This document shows positions 42,033 to 53,424 of a stretch of 64,000 bases of DNA, piece after piece. The notes beneath the pieces are model-generated. The model searched no databases, was not told where the DNA came from, and saw nothing but the letters and a program-made list of their open reading frames with translations. Where the stretch lies: NCBI GenBank assembly GCA_964019335.1, contig OZ025651.1, positions 868,001-932,000 of the forward strand. Reading direction: 5' to 3'. The stretch is from Diplonema japonicum (lineage: Eukaryota > Protista > Euglenozoa: Diplonemea). Numbering within the stretch: position 1 is the first letter of the stretch; each line of letters starts with the position of its first letter. The position numbers and the translations under genes are program-made.

Positions 42033-43657
42033 CCTAAACAAATATGTCCTTTTGCCGTCAGAACACTCGGCTTAGTTGCAAATGTGAAACTACTTTCCTC
42101 CCCCCCCCCTCTTTTTTCGTAAAAGGGAAAGGCAGTCATATACTCTTCTGTCGTAAATTTTCATCTTTAGTAATACCTTATTCGGTACATGGAGAGTACA
42201 AGTTAATTAATATTAGTTTTATAATTTTACCCCCCCCCCCCGCTAATGGCGCCACTACCCTAAACCTCTTAGTTATTATTTTTTTCTTCTAAATTCGTAC
42301 AAGAAGCAAAAGGATGTATTTTTTTTATTCTTTCTGTCTCACCTCCCCTTCTATTCTTTAAATCAATCCACTTTTTTTTATTATTTTCTTCTACACAACT
42401 TTAGAACCCCCTCCCCCCCCTGGTGACAAAGCCGTATGACTTGTGGGACACCTTATGACGTAAGAAAAAGACCGAATTTTCTTTTTATCTTCCGTTGTGG
42501 TGGGTCGTTACTGGGCACTTGTTCCCCCTTCCCCTCCCCATCATTGTGATTTTTTACCCCCCGCTCTTTCTTTTTCACCGTTTCTTTTTTTTTTTTTTAG
42601 GAAGAGGGGGAAAAAAAGAAAAGGAGGGTGTTTCATCCATCTTTATTTTTTTCTTCCCCCCCTTTTTTTTATTCACAGTAAAAAAGATCTGGTTAAATTC
42701 TAACCGGTGGCATCAACGGAGAAAAAGAAAAAAAAAAAGAAATGGGGGGGGGGAAGGGGCTGAAGAACTTTTTCCAGAGCTGAATCCTCTATTTTCTTTA
42801 GAGGAAAAAAGAGGGATGCGGACTGTCAGGGAGAATGCTATTTTGTCGATGCAAGAGGAGACTTTTTTGCTTGAACAAGGGGGGGAGGGGGGATGGCAAT
42901 GAATTGTTATTGCTAAAAGGGTTGGCTGTGCACGAGCAACAGTCAGCCGACTCTTGTTTGCGATAAAGAAACAATTTTCTTTTTTTTCTTCCCCCCCCCC
43001 CCACCGTTCACTCGTAACCCACCAAATAATTTCACATGGGATTGTTTGGTATAAAAAGAAGAAGAAAAAAAATATTTTGGTTTTTTAACCGCGATTGGTG
43101 ATGTTATGAGGAACCAGAAGAAAAAAAAAAAAAAGAATTGAAAGAAAGAGAACACCCTCCCCAGTTCTTTGTGTCATGCTGCTCTATCCAATGCACATTT
43201 TATTTTCTTCTTCGTTGACTTAACTGTTATGGACACATGAAAAGAAAAGAAGAAGAAATACTTTTGAAAAGAGAACCTGAAGAAAAGGGGGAGGGGGGGG
43301 AAAAAAGAAGAAAAAAAAAAAAAGAACGATCTGTTTTTTTTTTCCTACAATTTTTATATATTTTCTATAGTGAACAAAAAAAAGAAAGGAAAAGGAAAAG
43401 AGAGAAGGGAAAAAAAAAAAAAAAAAAAAACAGCTTATTTTAACACACAACTGGATGAAATTAAGATATCACTCGGATGGAGGGAAAGGTGTTTCGTTTT
43501 CAAGGCGTGGATGAAAAGGTTGAATTTTTTTTTGTTATTTCTCTTTTTTTTAGAATAACAAAAAAAAAATCATGCATCTTTTACATCATTTCAGTACACA
43601 CTAACTAAAAAAAAAGAACAAGCTACAAAAAGAAAATATATAAACTATATTTTTTTA

Positions 43658-43982
43658 TGAGCTTGCCCGGAAAGAAATGTCAACAAATGACCCTCTTTTG
43701 CACGGAAAACCCTCGGAAGATTTCTAATAAATTTCTCATTTGTATTATTGGCATTCGGAAATTGTATGACCCAGGCTCCATATTTCTTTTTGTTTTCTTC
43801 AATGAAAAGCGAGAAGAAATGGACGCAGATGGAAAATCTGTGAAACTTAAGGGGTCATTTTGTACACCATTTATGTCATCTTCCTATGGTTGCATGCTGC
43901 CCTTTTTTTTGCTCAAATAATAAACAAAAGAATTTCGAAACTGCCAAAAGAAAGTGTTGACATTTTTTCCCGGACGAGCTCA
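43658..43982. mobile_element. MITE (Tc1/mariner-type, TA target duplication)
   Basis: TIRs tgagcttgcccggaaagaaatgtcaaca / tgttgacattttttcccggacgagctca (28 bp, 4 mismatches), each flanked by TA; no transposase. Confidence 0.8.
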
Positions 43983-44544
43983 TATATTTATATCTCGAGT
44001 TTTTTTCCTTCTTCTTCTTCTTATTAAGAAAAATGTGCCAACAAAATCACGGTGATTTGTTTTTTTTTTCTTTTTTTTCCCCTTCTTCTTCTTATATGTT
44101 TACATTTTTGGCTATCTAAGAAACCTACTTCCTTTTTTTTCCCCCCTTTTTTTTTTTTTTTCTTTTTTTTGGTGTAACCACATGACTGCTGTTGCTCCCC
44201 CCTTTTTCCATTTTGTTAAAGGAGAGGGGGTGGGGTTGTCTCTTCTATTGCCTTGCCTACAGTGCAAAAGCACAGACAGGTTTCTTCTTCTTCTTTTTTT
44301 TGTTCCCATCGGGAACAGTAGGCCTCTGACCAAACAGGGATCAGAAGTGGATCCCTTAAAAAGAAATGCCACACCGACAGCAGCGCCGGAGGAGGTAGTC
44401 CTTATATCCTCTTTTTTTCTTATATTTATTATGTTTTTATTTTTATTTTTCTATTTTTGTTCTTTTTCATATCACACATCCCCCCCCCCCCTTTCGTAGC
44501 TATTTTTTCTTTCTTCTTCTTTTTTTCTTTCTTTTTTTTTTTTT

Positions 44545-45147
44545 GCAATTCACACTAATCGGTCACCGTTCTGCGGTTGCTGTCTGGTACTTGCGGTGGC
44601 TGTTTGTGATGAGATGGACGGCATCTGGGCGAGAAGCATTTCGTGGAGTCGTGCTAGATAGGGGGCGGTTTGGCTCGAGGAGAAGAGTGGTCTCCGTGTG
44701 CCGTCGGGCCCCCAAGATGTCGAAGGGTATGCACCGGCGGGGAAGGCTGACCTTCTACACCCAAGATGTATCGCATCCTTGCGGCCTTCTCCGTGAGCAG
44801 GTCTCGGCAACAAAAGACCACCCCTTCCCCGAAAGGGGAGCCACCTGTTTCGCAGGACTCCAATCGGACCCATAACCTCACCGTCGTCACTGCCGCAACG
44901 CGGGAGGCCAGGCTCTCCCGGACTGGTTCAGAGGAGTTCTCTCGCCACCCTTCGGATCAACGTCACCAGCGCTGTCAGGAGTGCGGCCACTACCCGGTCG
45001 TCTCGATTGCGTTGAACAGCTCGGCCCAAGTTGTCATCAGCTTTTCCTGCCGTATCTTAAATCAGAGCTGGTCGGCGTCGCTACCAGCAGACCCACCCTG
45101 TCCTCTACGCCTTATCAGGAGTCCATCGACCACGATACCTGGTTGCG
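44545..45147 (-). mobile_element. Internally deleted LINE remnant with RT fragment and poly(A) tail
   Basis: Minus strand encodes WAELFNAIETTG*WPHS / LTALVTLI / KGGERTPLNQ (RT N-terminal motif, with stops and frameshifts); T-run 44521-44544 is the tail; the 3' end recurs at 14511. Confidence 0.75.
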
Positions 45148-45207
45148 GGGGAAAAAAAAAGCAACCAAAAAAAAGGGGGGGGGATGTCTCCACATGCGAC
45201 AGCATTG

Positions 45208-46380
45208 ATGAAAGTGACAATAATATCTATTTACACATTATTGACAGCCCAAGGAGCAGCTATTGACACACGGAGCGAGGCGGGCTTCTCGGTCTGGATG
45301 AACGAGTTCCGCAACACGAGAGAAGAGGTCATGGACAGAATGGATAGAATCCTCCCGCATGTTAAAAAAGAGGACCCGTCCAAAAGAGAGTGGGTAAGGG
45401 AAATGGTGGGCATGATGGAGGCTTGCTACGACGCAAAGGCGGAAGCACACGGAAACGACGCTTGGAGGCGCTGCATCAACCACGAAAAGGCAGAAAACAA
45501 CTGGGCAGAGGTCTTCAAAGGAAAGCACCACGTTGCCGTGATAGGGGACAGCACAGTGACAGACATGCTGCGCGTCATGCTGCAGAACAGCACCGACAAG
45601 TCGGGAAAGATCTTCAGCGATCTCAAAACTTCATCCAGACCCAACAACGTCGAGGTGTACTACTTAAACGGCGTGAAGTTCACGTGGTACGGGTACTTTA
45701 CCTTCGACGCCATTGCAGAAAACTGGGGGAATGTGTTAAAGTCACAACCCTCCACCGTGATTCTATCAGGGGGTATACACGACCTGCACAGTATTATCAA
45801 ATCTGGTACCAAAGCAGAGGTTATCGCGAACTCCGCCTACCTGTCTTCTGTTATGAAAAACAAGACCCTCCCCAACCTTATCAGCGCGTTTTACAATAAT
45901 GGTACCACGCCCCGTCCTGTTATCATCTGGCAGGAAACCGTTCGTCCTTTATGTGGCGTCGGCCGTTTCGACGGGAAGCGTAAAGGGATCGCTACCGCCG
46001 GGAAAAAACTCACCATTGTCAAACGGTCCAAATGGGCTTGTTTAGGAATCCTGCGGATCTTGCAGATGTACCGGACTGTTCTGAAGGAGATGCTCTGGTC
46101 CATCGGTGTGGCCTACGTGCCGACGCTGCACATCTTGTCGAACACCGACTGCAGGCAAGCTGACGGGTTGCACATTTCTGGCGATTGCAGTTACCGCATT
46201 GCAGACCATATTGCTGCCACGTACAGGCTTATGGAGGCGCAACCCCCTCCACCGCCTAAGGCGATCCCACCGCTTGTTTTCCATCAGGACCCTCCCTTTG
46301 ACATACCTGGTGTTGCGTTCCTGATTGGGGCCGGTATGGTATGTTTGGTGGCAAGGTGGGCATGCTGGTGCCAGAAGTGA
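45208..46380 (+). CDS. Secreted or membrane-anchored SGNH/GDSL-like hydrolase (PC-esterase-like)
   Basis: Signal peptide; VAVIGDST; SGGIHD; ADGLH; C-terminal TM helix. Confidence 0.8.
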   Translation: MKVTIISIYTLLTAQGAAIDTRSEAGFSVWMNEFRNTREEVMDRMDRILPHVKKEDPSKREWVREMVGMMEACYDAKAEAHGNDAWRRCINHEKAENNWAEVFKGKHHVAVIGDSTVTDMLRVMLQNSTDKSGKIFSDLKTSSRPNNVEVYYLNGVKFTWYGYFTFDAIAENWGNVLKSQPSTVILSGGIHDLHSIIKSGTKAEVIANSAYLSSVMKNKTLPNLISAFYNNGTTPRPVIIWQETVRPLCGVGRFDGKRKGIATAGKKLTIVKRSKWACLGILRILQMYRTVLKEMLWSIGVAYVPTLHILSNTDCRQADGLHISGDCSYRIADHIAATYRLMEAQPPPPPKAIPPLVFHQDPPFDIPGVAFLIGAGMVCLVARWACWCQK

Positions 46381-46521
46381 AAAAAAAAAAAAAAAAAAAG
46401 AAGAAGAAAAAAAACACCCCCGTTCGGTTAACCAAAAGGAAAAAAAAAATAATTTTTGATTTTTTTTTTTTCCCCCCTTTCTCCCCCGCAAATTGGGAAG
46501 GAAGGAAAAAAAAAAAAAAAA

Positions 46522-47913
46522 ATGGCCGACGATCCAAAGCTAAGAGGTCAGGTACAGGTGAAGTACGAGGATCTTCTTGAGAAGGCGTTCGACGATGAGA
46601 TCGATGACGTGAAGTCCCTTCTGTCGGGGCCTCCAAAGCTCCCCTTGGAGCCCAACGCCATGCTGCCCGACGGGACATACAGCCCATTATCCGAAGCAGC
46701 CGCAGGGAACGCGGTGAAGGTCGCGCAGTATTTGTTAGACCAAGGAGCAAATCCGAACCACGTGGGCTTATACAACAGAACACCGTTGTACAGAGCATGC
46801 TTCAACGAGCACGAGGAGGTCATACCCGTATTGCTGGAAGGCGGCGCGGACCCGAGAAAACTCCTCCCGCAGGAGTTTGAAGAGGTGACCGACGAAGAAG
46901 AAGAAGAAGAAGAAGAACCAAGCCAACAAACAGAAGACCACGAAAACACCACACCGAAGGAAAAGAAAAAAAGATTAGTCCCACGGGAGTGGAACCCAGA
47001 AGAGGTCCCTGTTCCCGATCGCATAAAACAAATTCTACGAGATTGGGACATCGCAAAAACATTCAATCTCCAAGATAAACAAATTCTTGTAAAACAAGAA
47101 AACGACCACAAAGTAACAGAAGAAATGGAAAAGCTGAAGACGGACCAAGAAGGCCTAGAACATGAAGCGAGGCTTGCACACGATGCATGGAAGGACATGC
47201 TTTCTATCAGAGAAAACAGAATCATGGAACACGACGCCGCAAGATGCGAAGGAAGGAAAGAAGCTGCCGAGAAGATAATACCCCTCATCGAAGCCGCTGA
47301 GAAACGCGTAAGGGACCTTCGAACCGTTAAAGAAGAAATAGAATCTAAACTAAGCAAGATCAAAGGCAAGGTCAGGGAACATGAAGTTGCAACATCCGGC
47401 TTACAAGTTCAGTCCAAAGCCGCCCTCAGCAGACTTCCTGATATAATTGTAGATTCAAGCGGTGAAATAGAAGCCACCGGAAAGTGCGGCCTTTTAATTG
47501 ACCCATCACAGAGCGCACATTCTTACCTAAAGTACCGCAATGTAGTAATGGTAGACATGCATAGTAAAGAACACATGAAACCGGACAAATTCATCGATGC
47601 TCTACTGGGTTCGATAAAGTACAATAGAACCTTCGTTTTGGACATTGGAATGGACGCGGAGGACAGGCGTTTGGAAGAGGCCATTTCAGCGATCGATCCA
47701 ATGCTTTACCAGCTGATCACGGCTAATGCGCTCATTACGCAGAATGCTTATGAGTATCTTATTACGCCAGCTTTGATTTCGCGGTCGCCTGAGCTTGCTT
47801 CGGGTAAGTTTCCCTGTGATGTGACTGCCTGGAGGTTCATGGTGCTCACTGGGAACCCTTTCCCCGAGATATCTATGCTCGAGACTTATTACTCGATACT
47901 TATCCAATCTTAA
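46522..47913 (+). CDS. Ankyrin-repeat coiled-coil protein (IQANK1-like)
   Basis: SPLSEAAAGN..YLLDQGANPN; RTPLYRACFNEH..LLEGGADPR; GLLIDPSQSAHSYLKYR C-terminal domain. Confidence 0.8.
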   Translation: MADDPKLRGQVQVKYEDLLEKAFDDEIDDVKSLLSGPPKLPLEPNAMLPDGTYSPLSEAAAGNAVKVAQYLLDQGANPNHVGLYNRTPLYRACFNEHEEVIPVLLEGGADPRKLLPQEFEEVTDEEEEEEEEPSQQTEDHENTTPKEKKKRLVPREWNPEEVPVPDRIKQILRDWDIAKTFNLQDKQILVKQENDHKVTEEMEKLKTDQEGLEHEARLAHDAWKDMLSIRENRIMEHDAARCEGRKEAAEKIIPLIEAAEKRVRDLRTVKEEIESKLSKIKGKVREHEVATSGLQVQSKAALSRLPDIIVDSSGEIEATGKCGLLIDPSQSAHSYLKYRNVVMVDMHSKEHMKPDKFIDALLGSIKYNRTFVLDIGMDAEDRRLEEAISAIDPMLYQLITANALITQNAYEYLITPALISRSPELASGKFPCDVTAWRFMVLTGNPFPEISMLETYYSILIQS

Positions 47914-48023
47914 GAGAATGATGATGATGATGATGATGAAGAGATGTTCCCATCTCTATCCCCACCACCACCACCACCCGCCGTTATTTTTTGTATATTA
48001 AAAGAAACAACGCTTACCTGGCG

Positions 48024-48067
<44 letters not shown>

Positions 48068-48253
48068 AGCGCGAAAGAAAGAGGGAGAGATAGAAAATCA
48101 CCCCCTGACACAACTTCCCTCAAAAATGGGGGAATATGATATTCTTTTTTTTTTTTTCTTTAAATCCTTTTATACATATTATTATTATTTTTCTTTTTTG
48201 TGTACATTTCAAAATCGGGAAAAAAAGAAGAAAAAAGCGGGGAAGAAAAAAAA

Positions 48254-49747
48254 ATGGATCTCAAGATGCAACTGAACTCCTTCCCCCCTCTGCCGGGGCA
48301 CGTGTCAACCGATGCAGATGTGTCCGCAAAGGTGTCGCCTCCAAGAGGAGCACCACCGCTGTCCGAACAGTTCAGCCAGAGCAGCCAAATCGCCGATAAA
48401 TGGGCGGTTTACGAAGGCGGGCTGCAACAACAACACGAGGATTTGATAAGGACAAACCGAGAGTTGAAAGAAGTGTTGGGGGATCTACACGAGAAAAAAA
48501 CAATGGGCGAGCGGAACAGACTGGTCGAGATGGAGAAGCGGGTCGCGACTTTAAACATAGTACGGCAGTCATTAGGGCTGGAAATACAACAAATGCAAGC
48601 GAAAGCAACAGCAGTCAGCAGTGAAGTCTCGGAGAGAGGCTCGAAAAATACGATTCTACAAGAGAAACACAATACAAATCTCGAGGCAATCAACCGTTTC
48701 CACGCATCGTTGGCAACATTATCAGAGACACTGCAGAGCACAACAGCAGCAATGGGAAGCCTGTCCGCTGCAGAACCCAACCAGGATCTTGTAAACGAGA
48801 TCGAGTCGTTAAAACGGCAGAAGGTCCTGCTAGCGTCGCAGATTTCAGAATGGGAGGACAAAATCCGCCTGGCTTCAACTTCATCGTACCAAACAGAATT
48901 CGCAAAGTTAACCCGATGCAGAGAAACAGTCGTTTCTTCCGTTCCAAAGGAACAGTTTTTAAAACTGCAGCAAGTGATGGACGTGTATCGAGCTATGCTG
49001 CAATGTGTGAAAACCCGCGACTCCTTGCACCCTCCTATGAACGAATCGCCTAGAATCAACAATATTGGTAAAAACGCGGTTATCACGCCACAGCTTGTCC
49101 GGGAGCTCAGCATGGTTCAGTTTGAGGATGTGACGGTGGCGCTCTCGCCTCAATCCGGTTTCGCAGAGCAGTACTGCCTCCGAGCGATACCGGGCAGCCG
49201 CATCACTCTGTTCAGCAAGGTGGACCCCATTGCCGCAAGCTGCGACGTTCCCTTGGAAACGGTCACCTCCGTCGACATGTCATCGCACTCCTTGATGATC
49301 AAGCACTTTAAGGGCATGATCAACGTTCAGGTTGCCACCGTTGAAAAATTGCAAGCTGTTTTTTCTATTCTTCAGGTTCTGCTTGGGCATGAGGTCGCGA
49401 CGCCTGTGCACTATGTTAAGTACACAACAATACTGCAGCTTGAGGGGCTTGTTGTGAGCCAAGTGGAGACAGGGATGAAGCCCATGACCTGCCGTCTGCG
49501 GCTAGAGCCCAACTATTTTATCATCACGACCGAGACGAACGAGACTGCGCTCCGCTGGTCCGCAGTCCAGAGCATTTCCACAGCCGATCGGTACACTGTG
49601 ACCGCGACGACAGCCTCAAAAGGCATCTTCCGCATTGTCCCCCGGTCGCCGACGCAGTACAGCTGCCTCCTCACTATGCTGTCCTTGCTGCACAGCACCG
49701 AGCCTCCAAGCAGGATGCCCGTTGCCACTCCGATGCATAGGAACTAG
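48254..49747 (+). CDS. Coiled-coil protein with C-terminal PH-like domains
   Basis: About 497-aa ORF; heptad-rich N-terminal half; beta-rich repeats ending in helices. Confidence 0.7.
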   Translation: MDLKMQLNSFPPLPGHVSTDADVSAKVSPPRGAPPLSEQFSQSSQIADKWAVYEGGLQQQHEDLIRTNRELKEVLGDLHEKKTMGERNRLVEMEKRVATLNIVRQSLGLEIQQMQAKATAVSSEVSERGSKNTILQEKHNTNLEAINRFHASLATLSETLQSTTAAMGSLSAAEPNQDLVNEIESLKRQKVLLASQISEWEDKIRLASTSSYQTEFAKLTRCRETVVSSVPKEQFLKLQQVMDVYRAMLQCVKTRDSLHPPMNESPRINNIGKNAVITPQLVRELSMVQFEDVTVALSPQSGFAEQYCLRAIPGSRITLFSKVDPIAASCDVPLETVTSVDMSSHSLMIKHFKGMINVQVATVEKLQAVFSILQVLLGHEVATPVHYVKYTTILQLEGLVVSQVETGMKPMTCRLRLEPNYFIITTETNETALRWSAVQSISTADRYTVTATTASKGIFRIVPRSPTQYSCLLTMLSLLHSTEPPSRMPVATPMHRN

Positions 49748-49847
49748 TTCTTGTAGTTTAATTTTAGAAAAAAGTTAGAATACAATGTTTTTTTTCCTCT
49801 TTTTGTTTACAAACTGCTCACTCCACACGGGAAGCCGTAGGTACAAA

Positions 49848-50432
49848 ATGCCATGTTCTGCGGACAGGTGGTGGCCTGTCGGGTGTGGGATCAAGTACGG
49901 GTGGCACCTTTCCAACTCCATGAACATCTCTGACAAGAGGGACGTGAATCTTGTGATTCGTGGCATGGCCAGTAGAGGGGTGCAGTCCTTCAAGCATGAG
50001 CAATCCAGGTGGCGGTTATACAAGCCGCATGAGAAGCGGGCACAAACCCCTCCTGCAAAGGGGAGGAGGATCCCTGCCACGCCTGGTAGAAAAAGGGGAA
50101 AGAGATGGACGACAAGCACGCAGACAGAAGCCCCCCCAAGGTCACAAAGAAGGGAGCAAAACGCTGAGAACTTAGTCGACACATGGTTGACAAGCTGCTC
50201 GAGAGACACCAAAAGCCGCTGCTCTACATCCACGTCGCTCAGAAGCAGCACGACAGCGCCCCTCCCCCCGAGACCACCTCCCGCATCTCATGCAGCTTAT
50301 GTCGAAAGACGACGGCAGCAATACCTTGAAAAGTGGAACACCCTGCAGAGATTCAACTGGTCAACTTACATGAGCAAATCGCAGCTTGTCCCCACACCCC
50401 CACCACAAGGGAGTCGCGGGCTACTCGGGTGA
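49848..50432 (+). CDS. Hypothetical basic protein
   Basis: Coding-like island with AAAATG start context between two genes. Confidence 0.6.
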   Translation: MPCSADRWWPVGCGIKYGWHLSNSMNISDKRDVNLVIRGMASRGVQSFKHEQSRWRLYKPHEKRAQTPPAKGRRIPATPGRKRGKRWTTSTQTEAPPRSQRREQNAENLVDTWLTSCSRDTKSRCSTSTSLRSSTTAPLPPRPPPASHAAYVERRRQQYLEKWNTLQRFNWSTYMSKSQLVPTPPPQGSRGLLG

Positions 50433-50601
50433 GCGCAAAAATGCAACAATTTGTTCAATACCCCAGTTAAAGAGTTAGTAAAAATTTTTTGTTGTACATT
50501 TACACCTTTTTTTCCCCTTTTTCCCTTCATCTTGTTTGGTATTATTTCGACTATTCTCAAAACGCCCCAACCTTCACAGATAAGCCTACAAAAACAACAA
50601 C

Positions 50602-52419
50602 ATGTCTATGCGTACAGCAGGCCAGAGCATGCGTGCCCTCAAGAGCAGGAGGGGCCGTGCCTTCGGGACGGACGCCGAGGGCGTTGCGCTTGCGGACGAG
50701 TCGAAGCGTGTGCAGGAGTGGTTCGGGCAGGAGAGGTTCAAGAAGACGGTGAGGACGTGGTCTTCGGACGACGTTGCGAAGCTGAGGGGGTCGTTCCCCG
50801 ACACGAAGCAGCGCTACCACCTTGCCGACGAGTCGGCGGCGAAGGCGTACAAGCTGTTCCAGAAGAACTGGGACACGAACAAGGCGTCGTGGACCTTCGG
50901 GTGCACGGACCCTGTGCAGGTGGTGCAGATGTGCAAGTACCTGGAGACGATCTACGTGTCTGGGTGGCAGTCGTCGTCGACGTGCTCGACCACGAACGAG
51001 CCCGGTCCGGACCTCGCGGACTACCCCATGGACACGGTGCCCACGAAGGTGGACCAGCTCTTCCGTGCGCAGATGTTCCACGACAGGAAGCAGACCCTGA
51101 CCAGGTCGCAGATGACGCAGGAGGAGAGGGAGGCGACACCGCCGTGCGACTACTTCACCCCCATCATCGCGGACGGCGACACGGGGCACGGTGGGATCAG
51201 CGCCCTCATGAAGCTTGTGAAGCTGTTCGTGGAGGCGGGAGCCGCCGGTGTGCACATTGAGGACCAGAAGGCCGGTACGAAGAAGTGCGGGCACATGGGT
51301 GGGAAGGTGCTCGTCTCGACGCAGGAGCACGTGGAGAGGTTGAAGGCTGCTCGTCTGCAGTGCGACATCATGGGGACACGCACGCTGATCGTCGGGCGCA
51401 CGGACGCCGAGTCCGCGCAGTACCTCGACAACAACATCGACCCCCGCGACCACCCCTTCATCATGGGGACCAGGAACAAGGACATCCCGAACCTCGTGGA
51501 CGACCTGAGGAGGATGGAGCAGGCGAAGCTGTCCCCGCAGGAGATGATGGAGCAGCAGACCAAGTGGGGAGAGAAGGCGAACGTGATGACCTTCGGTGAG
51601 GCGGTGACGGGGGAGATCCAGAACCTTTCGAAGACGGAAGCCTCGAAGAAGGACGCCCTCGACACCTGGAACAAGAACTACATGGAACTGTCGCACGTGG
51701 AGTCGCGTGAGCTTGCAAAGGACCTTGGTGTGGAGCTGTACTGGTCGTGGTACAAGCCCAGGACCAGGGAGGGGTACTACCGTGTGCTGAGCGGGATGGA
51801 CTTCTGCATCCAGAGGGCGAAGGCCTTCGCCCCGCATGCCGACCTGCTGTGGATGGAGACGGACACCCCGAACGTGGAGCAGGCGAAGCAGTTCGCTGAC
51901 GGGATCCACGCGAAGTACCCGAACCAGTTCCTTGCGTACAACCTGTCGCCGTCCTTCAACTGGGACGTGGCGGGGCTCAGCGACGAGGAGATGGGCAGCT
52001 TCACCAGGGACATCGGTAAGCTCGGGTTCGTGTGGCAGTTCTGCACCCTTGCGGGTCTGCACAGCAACGCACTCATGGTGGACACCTTCACCAAGGACTA
52101 CGCCCAGAGGGGTATGAGGGCCTACGTGGAGAAGATCCAGAGGAAGGAGAGGGAGTACGACGTCGAGACCCTCACCCACCAGAAGTGGAGCGGTGCCCTC
52201 GTCGTCGACTACCAGTCGGGGCTTGTCAACACCCTCTCCTCCACTGGCATCATGTCCAAGGGTGTCACTGAGGACCAGTTCAAGGCTACCAAGAAGGAGG
52301 CTCACGCCGAAGTCGGCTCCGAGGCCCCTGAGAGGCCCAAGAAGTTCAGGTCCAGCCTTGAGGAGCCCCGTACTCCCGACTTCGTTTACGATGACGCCGA
52401 TGACGCGAAGAAGAACTGA
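50602..52419 (+). CDS. aceA: Isocitrate lyase (long eukaryotic type)
   Basis: [73 protein letters not shown]; strong G/C-ending codon bias. Confidence 0.97.
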   Translation: MSMRTAGQSMRALKSRRGRAFGTDAEGVALADESKRVQEWFGQERFKKTVRTWSSDDVAKLRGSFPDTKQRYHLADESAAKAYKLFQKNWDTNKASWTFGCTDPVQVVQMCKYLETIYVSGWQSSSTCSTTNEPGPDLADYPMDTVPTKVDQLFRAQMFHDRKQTLTRSQMTQEEREATPPCDYFTPIIADGDTGHGGISALMKLVKLFVEAGAAGVHIEDQKAGTKKCGHMGGKVLVSTQEHVERLKAARLQCDIMGTRTLIVGRTDAESAQYLDNNIDPRDHPFIMGTRNKDIPNLVDDLRRMEQAKLSPQEMMEQQTKWGEKANVMTFGEAVTGEIQNLSKTEASKKDALDTWNKNYMELSHVESRELAKDLGVELYWSWYKPRTREGYYRVLSGMDFCIQRAKAFAPHADLLWMETDTPNVEQAKQFADGIHAKYPNQFLAYNLSPSFNWDVAGLSDEEMGSFTRDIGKLGFVWQFCTLAGLHSNALMVDTFTKDYAQRGMRAYVEKIQRKEREYDVETLTHQKWSGALVVDYQSGLVNTLSSTGIMSKGVTEDQFKATKKEAHAEVGSEAPERPKKFRSSLEEPRTPDFVYDDADDAKKN

Positions 52420-53424
52420 TGAAAAGATGGATAAAAAAGAAATCTTGTTTTCAGGGTGCGAAAAACTAGAAACCATTGTTATTTAAAAGAGCTTGAATGC
52501 GTTGACCAATCTTTCTTCCATTATTCAAAGGCAACCTAAACAGTGTAATTTCTATTTATTCTTTTTTGATCAAACTATTTTCTCTTCATTTTTGTTTTGT
52601 TTGCACCCGCCCTCCATAGTTTTTTTATCGTCTCATTTTTTTTTCTTTTCGCGAGTGGAAGATGTTTTTAAAGTTATGTACCCTCCGTATGAATGAAGAA
52701 AATGGAGGGGAGGTGTTGAAATGGAGAGAGAGAAAAAAAAAGTTTGCAAAAAGGAGAAAAGAGAATTATTTTTGTAAAGGTGTCTATGGGAAATAGAGAA
52801 AAAAAAAGTTTTCTTTTTATTTCTCTTTTTTTCTTTCTTTTTGTATTTTTATTACAGCAGAAAAGTGAGCATCACCCTCTCCCCCTGCACACTGAAAAAA
52901 AATTATCGAATTTTTATTAAAGCGCGAAATAAAAAATATGTTTTCCGAGTTTCTTTTTTTCCCCATTTCTTTTTTCTTTTTTTCCTTCACACAAAAGGCG
53001 AAAAAGAAAAAAGGAAACGGGGGAAAAAAAAAACATGTTCCAAAAAAAAAAAAAAAAAAAATACATACCCCCACCACCCCCCATCCCCAATTTCCTTGAT
53101 TATTTCTTTATTTCTTTTGCTGCGGGTGTAACATGTTGTCATTCTTCTTTTCCCCCTTCCCTTCCTTTTATTCTCGATGGTCTATTAGGCTGTTACTTTT
53201 AAAAAAAAAAAAAAAAAAAAAAAAGCGATCCAATTTCTTCTTTTTTTGTTTTTTACTTCCCCTCTTCTCTTTCTCCCTCTCCCTCTCCCTCTCCTTAGGA
53301 ATTTTCTTCTTCTTTTTTTTCGTTTTTTTTTTTTTTTTTTCAAGGTTTATTTTTTTTTAATGCCCTTTCCTTTTGCGATGTCTAACAACATTTACAAGAA
53401 AAAGAGGGGAGGGTGGGGGAGAGA

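Noticed and set aside
50557-52476. 639-aa minus-strand ORF and the many other antisense ORFs
   Set aside because: Shadows of + strand genes caused by codon bias or repeats; no motifs of their own
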